A stretch of DNA of 64,000 nt from Azolla caroliniana (Eukaryota; Plantae; Polypodiophyta). The first letter of the stretch is position 1, and each line of letters starts with the position of its first letter. Both the position numbers and the translations under genes were made by a program. Shown here piece by piece: positions 27,957 to 40,088 of the stretch. The stretch is taken from the NCBI GenBank assembly GCA_043228905.1, contig JBHGNT010000020.1:15562001-15626000 (forward strand), read 5' to 3'. Under the pieces are notes generated by a model. That model saw nothing but the letters and a program-made list of their open reading frames with translations, was not told where the DNA came from and searched no databases.

Positions 27957-30900
27957 ATGAACAAGGGAAAGAAAATTGTTAGGTATCTTCTTTGAACTAT
28001 TTTTTAAGATTCTCTAAAGATTCCCAAAAGATTCCATTCTATTTTTGTTCATTTTTTGCACCAAGAACTCAATGCAGTGCATCGATTTCCCGTTATCGAG
28101 TTCCTGTTGAAGGAGGGAGAACTCGATGCACTACATCGATTTCCCGTTGAAAGCCACCCCCTTTCAACAAGAACTCGATGTTGTGCATCAAGTTGTCGTT
28201 CCCGTTGAAAGAGGGTAGCCTTCAATGGGAACTCGATGCACTACATCGAGTTCACGTTGAAAGAGGCAAATTTTATGATTGATATACTAGAAATAGTAAC
28301 TTTATTGCTATTTTATTAGCTTTTTTAAAGTGTTTTTGATACAAGGTTACATTTAAATTCGAGTGTTTTCCTATTAATTTCCATGAAATTTTCCTTTCTT
28401 ATAAGGTTTACAATGTTTATTTTTATGAATATTTTTATATCATTGGGGTTTTACTTGTTGTTTTCAGTGAATCACGTCAAAAAGTACCATCTTTCAAATT
28501 GAAGATTCCATCCCCAATGAAAAAACCTGCCGACCAATCTCGGAAAACTTTAATTGAGTCGGGAGGTGATGGGACCTCTAAGACTAGGGAGCCTCGCCTC
28601 AAGAGCTACCCCCATGTGGAATGGACGTTGATCTATTCCGAGGAAGAAGGGGAATTGCTCCTTGTACTTGCAAAATCTGAAGGTGAAGGAAAGCTTCAAG
28701 TGGGAAAGACCTTCAACTACGGGCAAATAAAGAACGTTGAATATGAGGACAATGACTCATCGAACTTGTTTTTCGATGTTGATAGCTCAATTGGGATGCG
28801 TAGAGTCTTAGTTGATAAAGGCAATTTTATAACTGACTCCTGCCACCCCAAAGCCTTAAAGAAAGATGTAGAAACAAAAAACATTTTGATTGTTGCTTTG
28901 CGTCCGTATATCAAAGGAGAACTCATGGTCGCACAAGCATGCACCCCACCAAAGCCGGCCAAAAAAGGAAAAGCAGAACACAAGAAGTACAAGAAACGAC
29001 AACATCCTGAGGAGGACGAGCCCGAAGTACTCGAGTTTGTTGAAGATGAGGAGGAAGATACACAACTTGAAGTAATTCCTCTAGGTGGCCAGATATCCTC
29101 GGGGATCCTCACTTCAGAGCAAAATAAGATCAAAGAGAATATTGTAAAGACTAAGCTTGTCCGTAAGGGACAACTATTTCACTTACCGATTTGTTCTATT
29201 TAAAGGCCACCAATTGATCCAAAACTAGGAAGACGGGCTCTAGAGATAAGAGAGCCACATTCAGTGGATGCGCAAAACGTGAAAAGCAAAATGAAGATAA
29301 ATCCACATGCTATTGTAGTGCCATTCTTAATAATGGTAGACTCAGATCAATGCCCAACTGTAGCTGATTTCAAGTATAGTTCGGCTGATGATTATACATA
29401 CTACGTGATTGGAGGATGCCACTCTACCGAAGCACGACGTCAACTTGTGAAGGAGTATCCTCTTACCACGTTCTTCAAATATGCAAAATGTAAAGTGCAC
29501 GTTGGCCTTACACATGAAGAAGCCAAGCTGCTAGCCTGGGACCACAATAATGATAATGACTATAGACAAAAGATGTCATGTATAGAGCGTATCAGGTTCT
29601 TTCATCAAGAATACCTTGATGCCTTACAAAAATTTGGTCCTAGGCTGCATCTTGGATTGCGACGACAGTGTCCGCTTGAAATGGGGATAATAGTTGATGA
29701 AAGAACAAAGTCTGAAGGCTTGAGGAAGTACGACTCCTGGTTTCAACTTGCTTTCAGAACAGGGGAGGTGTGGGACCTCCAAGATCGAATTTTTGGTATG
29801 TGGGAGCGAAAAGAGATAAAGGGTCAAAGATCAAACAAGGCTAAGTTGGACCCACAAGTGGAGATAAAGTCTAAGTCACGGAAAAGTGACTTAGTGATTG
29901 AAGAATTAGCCGAGGACATGAAGCTGCTTCCTTGGCGGTCATTGCAAGGGGTAAAGGATGACAGATTATTAATATTTGTATTGTCAAGAGTGGCCGCCAA
30001 GGAGTTCAACCTAGATGAAATGGTGACAGAGTTTCAAGCGTAATCTATGTGATGATTGTTGTTCATTGGATTGCTTTGTTGATTTGCTCTTTATTTTAAT
30101 CTTAGTTTCTTTTCTTTTTTAGCCATAAGGTTTATATGAAAATACAAGAGCTGATGATAAAAAAAGTTGTCCCTACCTACGTGGGAAGAAGTGGAGCAAT
30201 CATGCCCAAAAACATCATCATACAAGGCTCTTGAAGAATTCTTCATTGTGTTTAGAGAATGGGTATGTATGGTTTATGAATATTAATTGATTTTAGGATA
30301 ATGGGTATCTTCTTACAATACGTATAATTGCATAAACCACCTCGCTCAAAGAAAATGGGTGATACCAATGAAGGCATACCAAGCGCCTTCATCACCCATT
30401 TGGAACGAGCGAAATATGAAAAGCGAATGACAAAAGGAAAGGAGCTGGAGGTGCTTGAAGACTCCGATACTAAAAAAAGTTTTTTGCACAAGAGTGATCC
30501 TTTCCGACAATTGTACTATAGTGTATATAATGGTGATGTGGGTAATATGCTTGACATATTACCCAAGAGACATTATACATTGCTCGTCGCGGATATACCG
30601 TATGGATTTTGAATAACATGCTCCACATACGACGATGTACCATACAAATATCCGCAAATAGAGAAGATGGTAAAAGACTTTGCAGAGCTGACCCTGGCTC
30701 CATTATGGTGCATCGTAATATTTCATAACATGGGTCAAGCTTTATCGGTCACTACTGCATTGAAGTCAAGATGCCATGCTACCGAACACATGCACTAGTA
30801 AACTTTAAGTTGCTATATATTTAATGTATGGCTTCTATTGTACTTACGACATATATATTGACTTGTTTTGATTCCATTACAATTAGGGTTAAAACGAACA

Positions 30901-31601
30901 TAACTCGTACCCCGGGCGATCAAATGGTCAGCGCTGTGGAGCATTTGTGCGTGGGTTACTACGACACTATTTTTAAGTAGAAGGCTCGGGCACATGTGAA
31001 TGAGTGAAACATCGTTAACTATATCATGTGCCCAACTGTAACAAAGAAATTGTGCCATGTGTCTGGCGGCAAGTGTCTAGTAAACTTGTATCAAAAGCCC
31101 CAACGATTTATTAATCGATTTGTCAAGTTGTTCTCGAACCCTGATGATTGGGTGCTTAACTTAATCTCTAGAACATGTATTCTCATAAGTGTGATCAATT
31201 TTTCTTAAAATAAAATAGAATTTCCTGTGTTTGTTTTCTTACTTTTGCATGTATGATTGTTTATTTAGGAACAATGATTGTGTTCTCTCAAGTTGTTCAG
31301 GAACAACGTTGCATTGGAAAAGGACCCCTCCTAGGTCAATTTTATTAAGACGAGGATCCAAGTTATATGGGATTGTCCTGACCAGTACCAAGAGGTTGGG
31401 GCAAAACATATCAATGAAACTAAGATGTTTCAGTTGACCTCTAGAGAACCGATGGAACCTATAGATGATAAAGGAGGGGACCTTGTTGACCTCGAAGATG
31501 TATTGGAGTCTAATCAAAGACAATATTCAGCTGAGGAGATGGAACATGTAGATGCGACACAATTGTCAGTGCAGCCTGTTCCAGACCTCCTAATGGAGTG
31601 A
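27957..31601 (+). pseudogene. Transposon cargo gene: ParB-like domain fused to a beta-class N6-adenine/N4-cytosine DNA methyltransferase; spliced and disrupted
   Basis: Approximate exons 27957-27982, 28468-30039, 30123-30262, 30328-30797, 30887-31176, 31269-31601. ParB-like YYVIGGCHSTEARRQL...AKLLAWDHN...QKMSCIERI. MTase: VYNGDVGNMLDILP..YTLLVADIPY (30592-30603), (W)VKTN...VEHLCV, YQKP...KLFSNPDDWVLNLISRT/(G)T, RNNVALEKDP...IKTRI. Residues in brackets are reconstructed across mutated splice junctions. Confidence 0.8.
28064..28253. repeat. Four palindromic units GAACTCGATG-N5-CATCGAGTTC plus a half site
   Basis: Units at about 28065, 28119, 28171 and 28229; the last is perfect (gaactcgatg cacta catcgagttc). 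Confidence 0.85.
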
Positions 31602-33453
31602 ATTGTATAATACTTTGTATTTGTAATTGAAAACTTGTTTTGAAATATAAGAACTTTTCGTTTGAGTACCATTTGTTTACACTATCTGATTGGTGTCTCG
31701 AACTTTATGTGTCTATCATATGTTTGCAAAGGTTGACTCGTAAAGTATGTGGTTATGTATAATTTTTAATGAATAGATGATGATGAACTTATCGATTGTA
31801 TGAAAAATGTTTATTATAATTGTTTCTTGATTAATATAATTGAATTTAGCTTTACTCTAGGATTTATGTTGTCTTTAATCTTGGTTATTTAGTTTCGAGT
31901 AAACACAATAATATTAAGTGAATGTTGTTGCTCACTTAATAATACATTCACGTTGTTCATGTATGATTGGCATATAATGTTCGTAGTGGTTTTTGGGCAT
32001 GTGTGTTATATCACAAGATATTCGTTTCTGAAATTTTTTCAAATTATATCCAAAAATCCTATTTACTAATTCAGTATAACAATTTCTATAAGATTTAGAG
32101 ACAAATATAACAACAAAATTGAATTACTAAATTTGTTGCCTTGGATTCGAATTTAACATTGTATACAATAAAGCATATTACAATTATAGTTGGATGCATT
32201 GCCGTAATCTTATCTAAGATTTGGATAAATTTGTATATGAATTGAGAAAATATCGGTTAAATTAGAAATCTTGATATTATTAACTGTATTTTTGAGTGAT
32301 GTTTTTAAAAATCATATGCGCATGCGTGATAGATTCTTGAAAATTTGTTAAAAAATACTAATTCTTGACATCTCATGTATTTATCAATAAAGGAATGCGA
32401 CATATTACTTGTTTCAAATGACTGGGTGTTACGTGATTAACAGATCACCATCCACACCCTTGGACGGAGATTTTCCACAAAGGGTGTGGACCGACAAAGA
32501 TGTGTCATACTGACACCTAAAGGTGTTCGACTGTCATGCCTACGTGCATGTGGCTAAGGATCAAAGGAGAAAATTAGATCCAAAATCTTGGCCATGCATA
32601 TTTCTCGGCTATGGAGATGATGAATTCGGCTCTCGACTATGGGACTTAGTCGATAAGAAGGTCGTTCGGAGCCTAGACATAGTCTTCATGGAGGAGAAGA
32701 CTATTGTCGACTGGGAGTCGGAGAAGAACACATCCTCCTGAGTAGTTGGAAGCCAACAACCAACTAAAGAACATGGAGAGTCGACCGAATTCGGGTCGAC
32801 AATCGAAGTCGGACCGACTGCCGAACAAGAAATAAGGCAATCGGCAAAACACAAAGCCGACTCAGACTCGGATGAAGAACCGACTAAAAATGTCGAAGAG
32901 GAGCCGACCGTGTCTGTCGAGGAGAGAAGATATCCTCTTAGAGAGAGAAGCCCCCCTTGGAGATTTTCGGATGAAGAGCATGTATTGCTGACCAACGAGG
33001 GGGAGCCAGAGAGCTTTGAGGAAGCAAAGAGGGACACCTCCAACCGCAAGTGGTTAAGTGCCATGTAGGACGAGATGGATTCCCTGCATGAGAACTACAC
33101 ATACAAATTGACAGAGCTATCGAAGGGAAAGAGGTCGCTCCGAAACAAGTGGGTATACAAGTTTAAATCGGGAGACGCCGGAAATCCACCGAGGTACAAA
33201 GCCCGCATTTTGGTGAAGGGCTTCTAGTAGAAGAAAGGAGTGGATTTGGACAAGATATTTGCTTCAGTAGTAAAGGTGGCATCCATCCGGACGATGCTAA
33301 GCATAGTGGTAAGCATGGACCACGAGGTCGAACAGCTGAACGTCAAACAACGTTCCTGCATGGTGACCTCAAAGAAGAGATCTACATAAAACAACCGAAA
33401 GGATTCGTCAAGAAAGGGAAGGAGAACCTGGTGTCCTGGTTGAAGCAAACTCC

Positions 33454-33464
33454 TGTCGTGACTC

Positions 33465-33515
<51 letters not shown>

Positions 33516-34082
33516 AGAATCATCAAGAATGTTCTAGAATATTCCAAATATCTTTTAATAACTAAAAATATAATTATTATAACTACACATCATATATGTT
33601 ATTACAATGGTTAAAGGTTCAACACAGACCAAGAAGTTTCGAGTTCAACTCTTGATAGGCCAAAATGTACTATATCTTCATGACATTATCCCCCCTCTTC
33701 GACGACGAGTTCCACGAGTTGGAAGACAAGAGTTCAGACTTGGTTTATGGGGATATTTGTTGTGAAATGCAACAACCATGTTGGAAGCATTAGCAAGATG
33801 CTCGATAGGCTCCCATGTTCGATCATTAGGTGTATAACCTAACTAATCAACCAAATAATATAGTTTGTTGTGAATGATCTTGGAGTCGAGAATGGAAACA
33901 AACTCATATTCAGAGCCATTGGAGACTTAGATTGGAGGTGGGGGAATAGAGCTTGGTGTGTAGGGTTCCAAAAGTGAAACATGGAAAAGACCGGGTGAAG
34001 ACACATATGAGGAGGAAGATCAAGGCGAAATTTCACATCATTGATCTTACCAGAGATCACATATGGGCCGAAACGTTGATAA
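33454..34082 (-). mobile_element. Chromovirus 3' end: integrase tail, chromodomain, PPT and 232-bp LTR (33454-33685)
   Basis: TGTCGTGA...TCATGACA termini; PPT GAAGAGGGGGATAA; YLVD*LGYTPNDRTWEPIEHLANA chromodomain; (AG)n at 33467-33512. Confidence 0.8.
33526..33545. promoter_or_regulatory. Perfect four-unit heat shock element in an LTR
   Basis: aGAAt gTTCt aGAAt aTTCc. Confidence 0.6.
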
Positions 34083-35990
34083 TGTTGGGTTCTTGCTTTG
34101 AATCCCAAAAAGCTTCACCACTTTAGGGTTATGAAAGTATATATAGACAGGGGGAAAAAACCTCCTAAAGAGGGAAAAAATGCCCCTGTTGTCCTAAGTG
34201 TGTTCACACATCACTGTCCTAAGTGTGTTCACACACATCACTATCCTAAGTGTGTTCACACAACACTGTCCTAAGTGTGTTCACACAACACTGTCCTAAG
34301 TGTGTTCACACACATCACTACTGAAATATGTCAACAAATCCCCCTTGGGAGTGATGCGGTGAACAAGGAGCTAGCACTCATGGCTAAGCAAGTGCCAAGC
34401 TATGTGGATAGAGATCAATCCATAAATGGAAGTAGGCCTAAAGCTTTGTGGAAAGCTTCAAACTTCTCCCTAGGCAGAGCCTTTGTGAAGAGGTTTGCAA
34501 TGTTCTCTTGCGTGGGCACATAAGCCAAACTGATCTCTCCGACGGAGAACCTTTCCCTGACATAGTGATAATGCACCTCAATGTGCTTAGTGCGAGCATG
34601 GAACACAGGGTTCCTTGCAACTGCCATTGCGGTTTAACTATCAGTGAAGATGGTGGTGGCAAAAGACTAACCAACACCTAAATCAACTAAAAGGCGTATG
34701 AGCCACACCCACTCAACTATAGCTGTGAAAGTTGCCCTATACTCAGCTTCACAACTAGAAGTGGCCACAATAGGCTGCTTCTTGCTCAACCAAGATATGC
34801 GTGAGCTACCAAGCATGAAGCAAAAACCACTTGTGGACACATGAGTGTCATAACAACCAGCCCAATCAGAGTCAGAAAAAGCATGCAAGTCTAGTGGTAG
34901 TGTTCCCCCCTTGGGATAAAACAACTCAAGTGATCGGGTACCACTCAAGTAGCAAAAGATGCGCTTAACTGCCTGCCAATGCTTAACTCCTGGGCAATGC
35001 ATAAACTTGCTCATTTGAGAGACAACAAACTGAATATCAGGTCGGGTTATGCATAAGTAAATCAAGCATCCAACTGCTTGCTGATAGAGAACAACATCAA
35101 ATGCATGTCAAGCATCATTAAGGCTCAAACATAAACCTGTCTCCATGGGAGTGGCAATAGGTTTACAATCTTCAAGGCCAAAATGCTGCAATAATGTGTC
35201 AATGTATTTCGATTGACACAAAGCTATTCCACCATCAACTTGCATAAATTGAATGCCCAAATAATGATGCAAATGCCCCAAATCTGACATCTCAAAAGAG
35301 GCATGCAAATCAACCTTAAAGTCAGCAATATGCTTCTCATTGGGACCAGTGAGCAACATATCATCAACATACACAACCATGATCAGAAATACATCATCAT
35401 GATGAGCTGCAATTGCACAAATGCTATGAACAATAGTCATATGGCAGGTGGGTGCAAATGTCTCATCAAAATCAATGCCTTTTTCTTGGGTATAACCTTT
35501 CACAACAAGCCTAGCCTTATACTTGTCAATTGTTCCATCAGGTTTACGCTTTAGCTTATATACCCACTTAGTGCCAATAACCTTCTTGCCAGGAGGCAAG
35601 TCACATAAAGACCATGTACTAGTCTTCATAATATCATCATATTATGATTGCATAACAACCATCCAAATTTCTGAATTTTGTGCTTCATCAAAAGAAACAT
35701 GCTCATTCTCATCGCAAAGACTGGAGGCAGCCATAACATAACAATCTGATGCAAAAGATGCACTATGATAACCTGAACGAGTACGATATGACAAAGGAAA
35801 ATCCAATTTACTGTCTTGCAAAGTCTGCAACGGCCATTTAGGCACAATCTTTGCCTCCTCTATATCAGCCCTCTCATTAATAAGTGCATCATGTAAGTCT
35901 GCATTAGAAATAGAATGATCTGCATCAGAAATGGAATAATCTGTAGATTCATTATGAGTAGCTTCCAAAGGTTGAGAAGGTGCCTCAAGT
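34083..35990 (-). mobile_element. Truncated copia (RT-RNase H) with 3' LTR 34083-34336 containing about five 23-25 bp tandem repeats
   Basis: [23 protein letters not shown]; PPT beside 34336; repeat tcctaagtgtgttcacac at 34189-34320. Confidence 0.85.
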
Positions 35991-36686
35991 GGGCCATGTC
36001 ATGACACACCAATGGCTGGACATTTTGGCATCCACAAGACTTTGGCGTTAATTTCTCGAAGGTATTAGTGGCCACGACTTCGCCATTTTGTTACGGATTA
36101 TGTTCGTAGTTGTGATACATGTTGCCGATCCAAAAAACCTCGACATCATCCATATGGCTTATTACAGCCAATGCCTATTCCTGAGAGTCCATGGAAATCT
36201 ATTTCATTGGACTTCATTACGGATCTACCACCTTCCAAGGGTTTTGATTCTATTCTCACGGTAGTAGATCATTTTACCAAGATGGCACATTTCCTTCCCT
36301 GCACAAAGGCCATTACGAGCCAAGAGACAACCGAGTTACTCATGCGAGAGGTGTTTCGACATCATGGTCTTCTTGATGATATTATCAGTGATCGGGGTCC
36401 CCAGTTCATCTCAAAATTTTGGCGGCACATGTTCAAACTCTTACATATTTCTTGCAAACTCTCTTCGGGCTACCATCCAGAAACTAACGGACAGAGTGAG
36501 CGCATCAACCAAACAGTAGAACAACATGGTCTTCTTGATGATATTATCAGTGATCGGGGTCCCCAGTTCATCTCAAAATTTTGGCGGCACATGTTCAAAC
36601 TCTTACATACTTCTTGCAAACTCTCTTTCGGCTACCATCCAGAAACTAACGGACAGAGTGAGCGCATCAACCAAACAGTAGAACAA
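35991..36686 (+). mobile_element. Chromovirus integrase fragment with an in-frame 162-bp tandem duplication
   Basis: PWKSISLDFITDLP...SDRGPQF...YHPETNGQSER; duplicated units at 36363-36524 and 36525-36686. Confidence 0.85.
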
Positions 36687-39600
36687 TATCCTAGCCGTTA
36701 CCCAACTGATGTTGCCCGTGTGGGTCTAGTTGGTACCTTGTTAACGGGTACCACATTAGCATGGTTTGCACCACTCCTAGAGAAGCACTCACCATTATTA
36801 GAAGATTTTGAAGGGTTTATTAATGAGTTCCAAGCCAACTTTGGAGACATTGATAGTATGAGGACTACAATAAACAAAATTCAGTGATTACGACAAGGAG
36901 ATCGTCCTGCTTCCGCTTATGCTGCAGATTTTCGCCTTCTAGCATGTGATATTCCATGGGACGAGGCGGCATTAATGGACCAATTTCGTCAAGGTCTGCG
37001 CAATGATGTGAAGGATTTACTTCTTACCTTCCATGATGATCCAAAATCTCTCACTAAAGCGGTAAGCCGGGCCGTTGTCGCGTTGCTACGCACGTGCGTG
37101 GAGAAAACGAGGCGGGACCACCGGGGTCTTGAACCGAAGAGCAGGTGATAGGAGGGGAAAGAGAAAGAGAGAGAGACGACCGGTTACGTATGAGCAAAGA
37201 AACACAGGGACACGGCCCGTCAACGCAGAGAACGCGAATGGACACAGAGACAGAGAGACACGAAAGTTTGTATATTAACGAATAACAAATACACAACAGA
37301 GCGCGCGAGCGGTTACAACCGACCAGGCCGGCGAACAGATGCTGATGCCTGTTCGTCTATGCACGAAAAGGGATAGGATGGAGGTGTTGCTGGAAGCATA
37401 TGGGCGTTCCTCGAAGCAGCGCGAGCCTCCCGAAAACCTGCAGAGAAGAGCGATAGAGAACAAACAGAGGAGAAGCGTTCGGTTACGGTCCGACAGCACT
37501 TCGTCCTCCTCAACGCGCGATGCCTTCTTTCTGCGTCTCCCTCTCCTTTATAGCGTCAAGAAGGGAGCAGTCTCCCTCATTTACGTCCTACCTACCGAAT
37601 CTAACTACCCAGGATATATATACCTACGTACTTGATCTCTATTATATACATTAAGGGCGCGCACGCGTGAAGAGCCGGTTCACGCGCGCTATGCACCGAT
37701 TGCGCTAAGGGACGGTTTTCTTCACGACATCCGCCCCCACCTAACTGCGCATCCACCGGTATGCGCCAAAATTGCGCTCTGGTTGGAGGAAACCGGCCAG
37801 AGTTCCGGTTCTTCGTCCATCGGTTCGTCCTCCGTTTCGGACTGTTCGTCGTCGCTGCCCAGGCCTCTTAGATCCGGTTCGCCGTCGTGGCGCTTCTTGA
37901 ATGCTTTGATCCACTTCCTTGCTACCGGTATCGCTATCCTCGTACCGTCGAGTTCCGCCAGGTGATACGTCCCGTTGTCGTTGGCGCTCGTTACCACGTA
38001 AGGCCCGAACCACCGCTTTGCAAACTTCCGTGTTGCCCGGTGCTGGTTGTCGAGGCTACTGTCGTAGACTAGCACCCAGTCGCCTTCCTCGATTTTCTTT
38101 GGTCGGAGCCGGTGCGTTCGGTCGAACCGGGCTTTGTTCCTCATTCTCGCCGTTCGAAGTCTCTCCGCCGCTCGTTCCACGTCCTCTGGCCTCCGCTTGA
38201 GCTGCCGTATACGCGTCGCTAGCAGTTCTTCCCGGCTCATCTCGTCTCTCTAGTCCACTGTCACCCAAGAGGAGATCGTCCGTTCCATTGGCATGATCGG
38301 CTTCTGTCCGAACATGAGCTCTGATGGCATGAACCCGGTTACCGAACTGTGTGTTGTCCTGTCCGCCCACAAGGCATAAGGTAACAGTCGTGGCCAGTTC
38401 CCGACCTGGCCTCTACATGCCCGGACTAATGCTTTGACGATCGGTCCGTGTCCGCGCTCCACCTTCCTGTTCGCCTCCGGATTGTACGCTGTGGTGAGCG
38501 AGAGCTTGACCCCTAACCGGTCGAACAGCTCCTCGGCCTCTTCGGCGTCCAACTCCCCGCGGTCAGCCACGATCTTCCCGACGCACCCGTACCGGCATAT
38601 CACGTCCTCGATCAGGAACCGACACACGGCCTCGGTCGTTTTGTTCTACAGGGCTCGGCCTTCCACCTGGTTCGTCAGGTCCTCCCGGGCCAACACCAAA
38701 TATCGCATCTGCCCTACACCCATCGTCATCGTCACCAAATCTACCATCCACTTGAAGTGGATGGCTGGAGGGTATGTAGGATGAAGCTCGTCCCGATGTC
38801 GGCCTGTGGAGTGTATCTGACAGCTCTCACAAGTTGTCACGAACCGATGCATGTCCCGGTACAGTCCCGGCCACCAGTACTTCCCCTTTAGTTTCTAGAA
38901 CGTGGCCCACGTTCCTCGGTGTCCAGCCTAGGGGCTGTCGTGGTAGGCCTTCAGCAACTCCTCCTGTACCTCCTCCATCACCACTACTCGGAGCGGGATG
39001 CCGTTTCTCTTCTTCGGGTGCTTCCACAAGTATCCGTCCCGGAGAAAGAATCAGTATGCTTTCTTCCGGATCCGGTTGGCCTCGTCCTTTGTCCATGATG
39101 CGTCCGGCGTCATCGTCCTCAAGAATCCTCCAATCTGCAACCACTCCCCATCGTACTTGCTCTCGTTAAAATCGTTAAGCGCCGGAGTGCTCCCCCCCTC
39201 GGTTGTTACGTAAGCCACCTCGAAGAAGTCCACGCCGACTTCCTCGTCCTCCGAAACCATGCCGCCCTCGTTGTCGAATCGCGCCCTTGAAAGCATGTCG
39301 GCCATGGCATTGTCTTTCCCGGAAATGTGTCGTATTTCCGAATCCAGGGACTTGATGTACGCTATCCACCTGAGCATTGCCAGGTCTGGGGTTGCGCATC
39401 CGGAAACCATGCCGAGAATCGGCAGGCAGTCCGTTGTCGTGAAGAAAACCGTCCACAAGCGGAATCGGTGCACCGGAGCGTAGGAACCGGCTCTTCATAC
39501 ACGTGCGCCTTATGTTGTACATAGAAGATCCTCGGTAGGTAGGAAGTTAATAGGAAACGGCTCCTTCCTTGCCTATAAAAGGAGGGAGACAAGGAGGGGA

Positions 39601-40088
39601 GAGGGATCGCGAAGGAAGGGAGGACGAAGTGCTGTCGGATTGTGGGCCGAAGGTTTCTCTCTCTTCCAAACTCCATAGCTTCTTTCTATGCAGGTTTCGG
39701 GAGGCTCGCGCTGCTCTGAGGAATGCCCGAGTGCTTCCGGCAGCACCTCCAACCTACTTCTTCCTTTCTGTACGTTTACGAACAGGCGTCAGCATCTGTT
39801 CGCCGGCCTGTTCGGTTGTAACCAACTTCGTGCTTGTTGTTTGTCTTGTTTATATATATTTCTACATATATTTGTGTCTCTCTGTGTCGCTGTCGCACTC
39901 GCGTCTCTGTGTCGAAGGGTCGTGCCCCTGTGAATCTACGCTCGCACCTTGTGGGTCTTTTCCCCTCTCCTTTTCTCTTTTGCTCTTCGGTACAGGACCC
40001 CGAGGTCCCGCCTCATTCCACGCATCCGCGAGGGATACCTCGACATCTTGGTGAACCCGACGTGAAAGAGGCGGCAGAAGAGCAGAAG

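Larger units (their letters stand above)
23787..32430. mobile_element. 8.6-kb TIR DNA transposon (Sola-like) with two divergent genes
   Basis: 34-bp TIRs at 23787-23820 and 32397-32430 (30/34 match; AACACC...GGTGTT). Probable 4-bp TSD ATGT/ACGT; the palindromic site makes TSD length ambiguous. Removing the element restores the copia reading frame. Confidence 0.9.
23585..33453 (+). mobile_element. Degraded Tnt1-like copia (integrase to RT), split by the DNA transposon at 23787-32430
   Basis: ...LAERMDQTIMERV*SMLAHAKLSKMFWVEAMVTTMY resumes at 32431 as VINRSPSTPLDGDFPQRVW...FDCHAYVHV...CIFLGYGDDEFG and RT KWVYK. Confidence 0.88.

Noticed and set aside
34189-34320. CRISPR-like short repeats
   Set aside because: Head-to-tail repeats with no unique spacers, inside a copia LTR, and no cas genes
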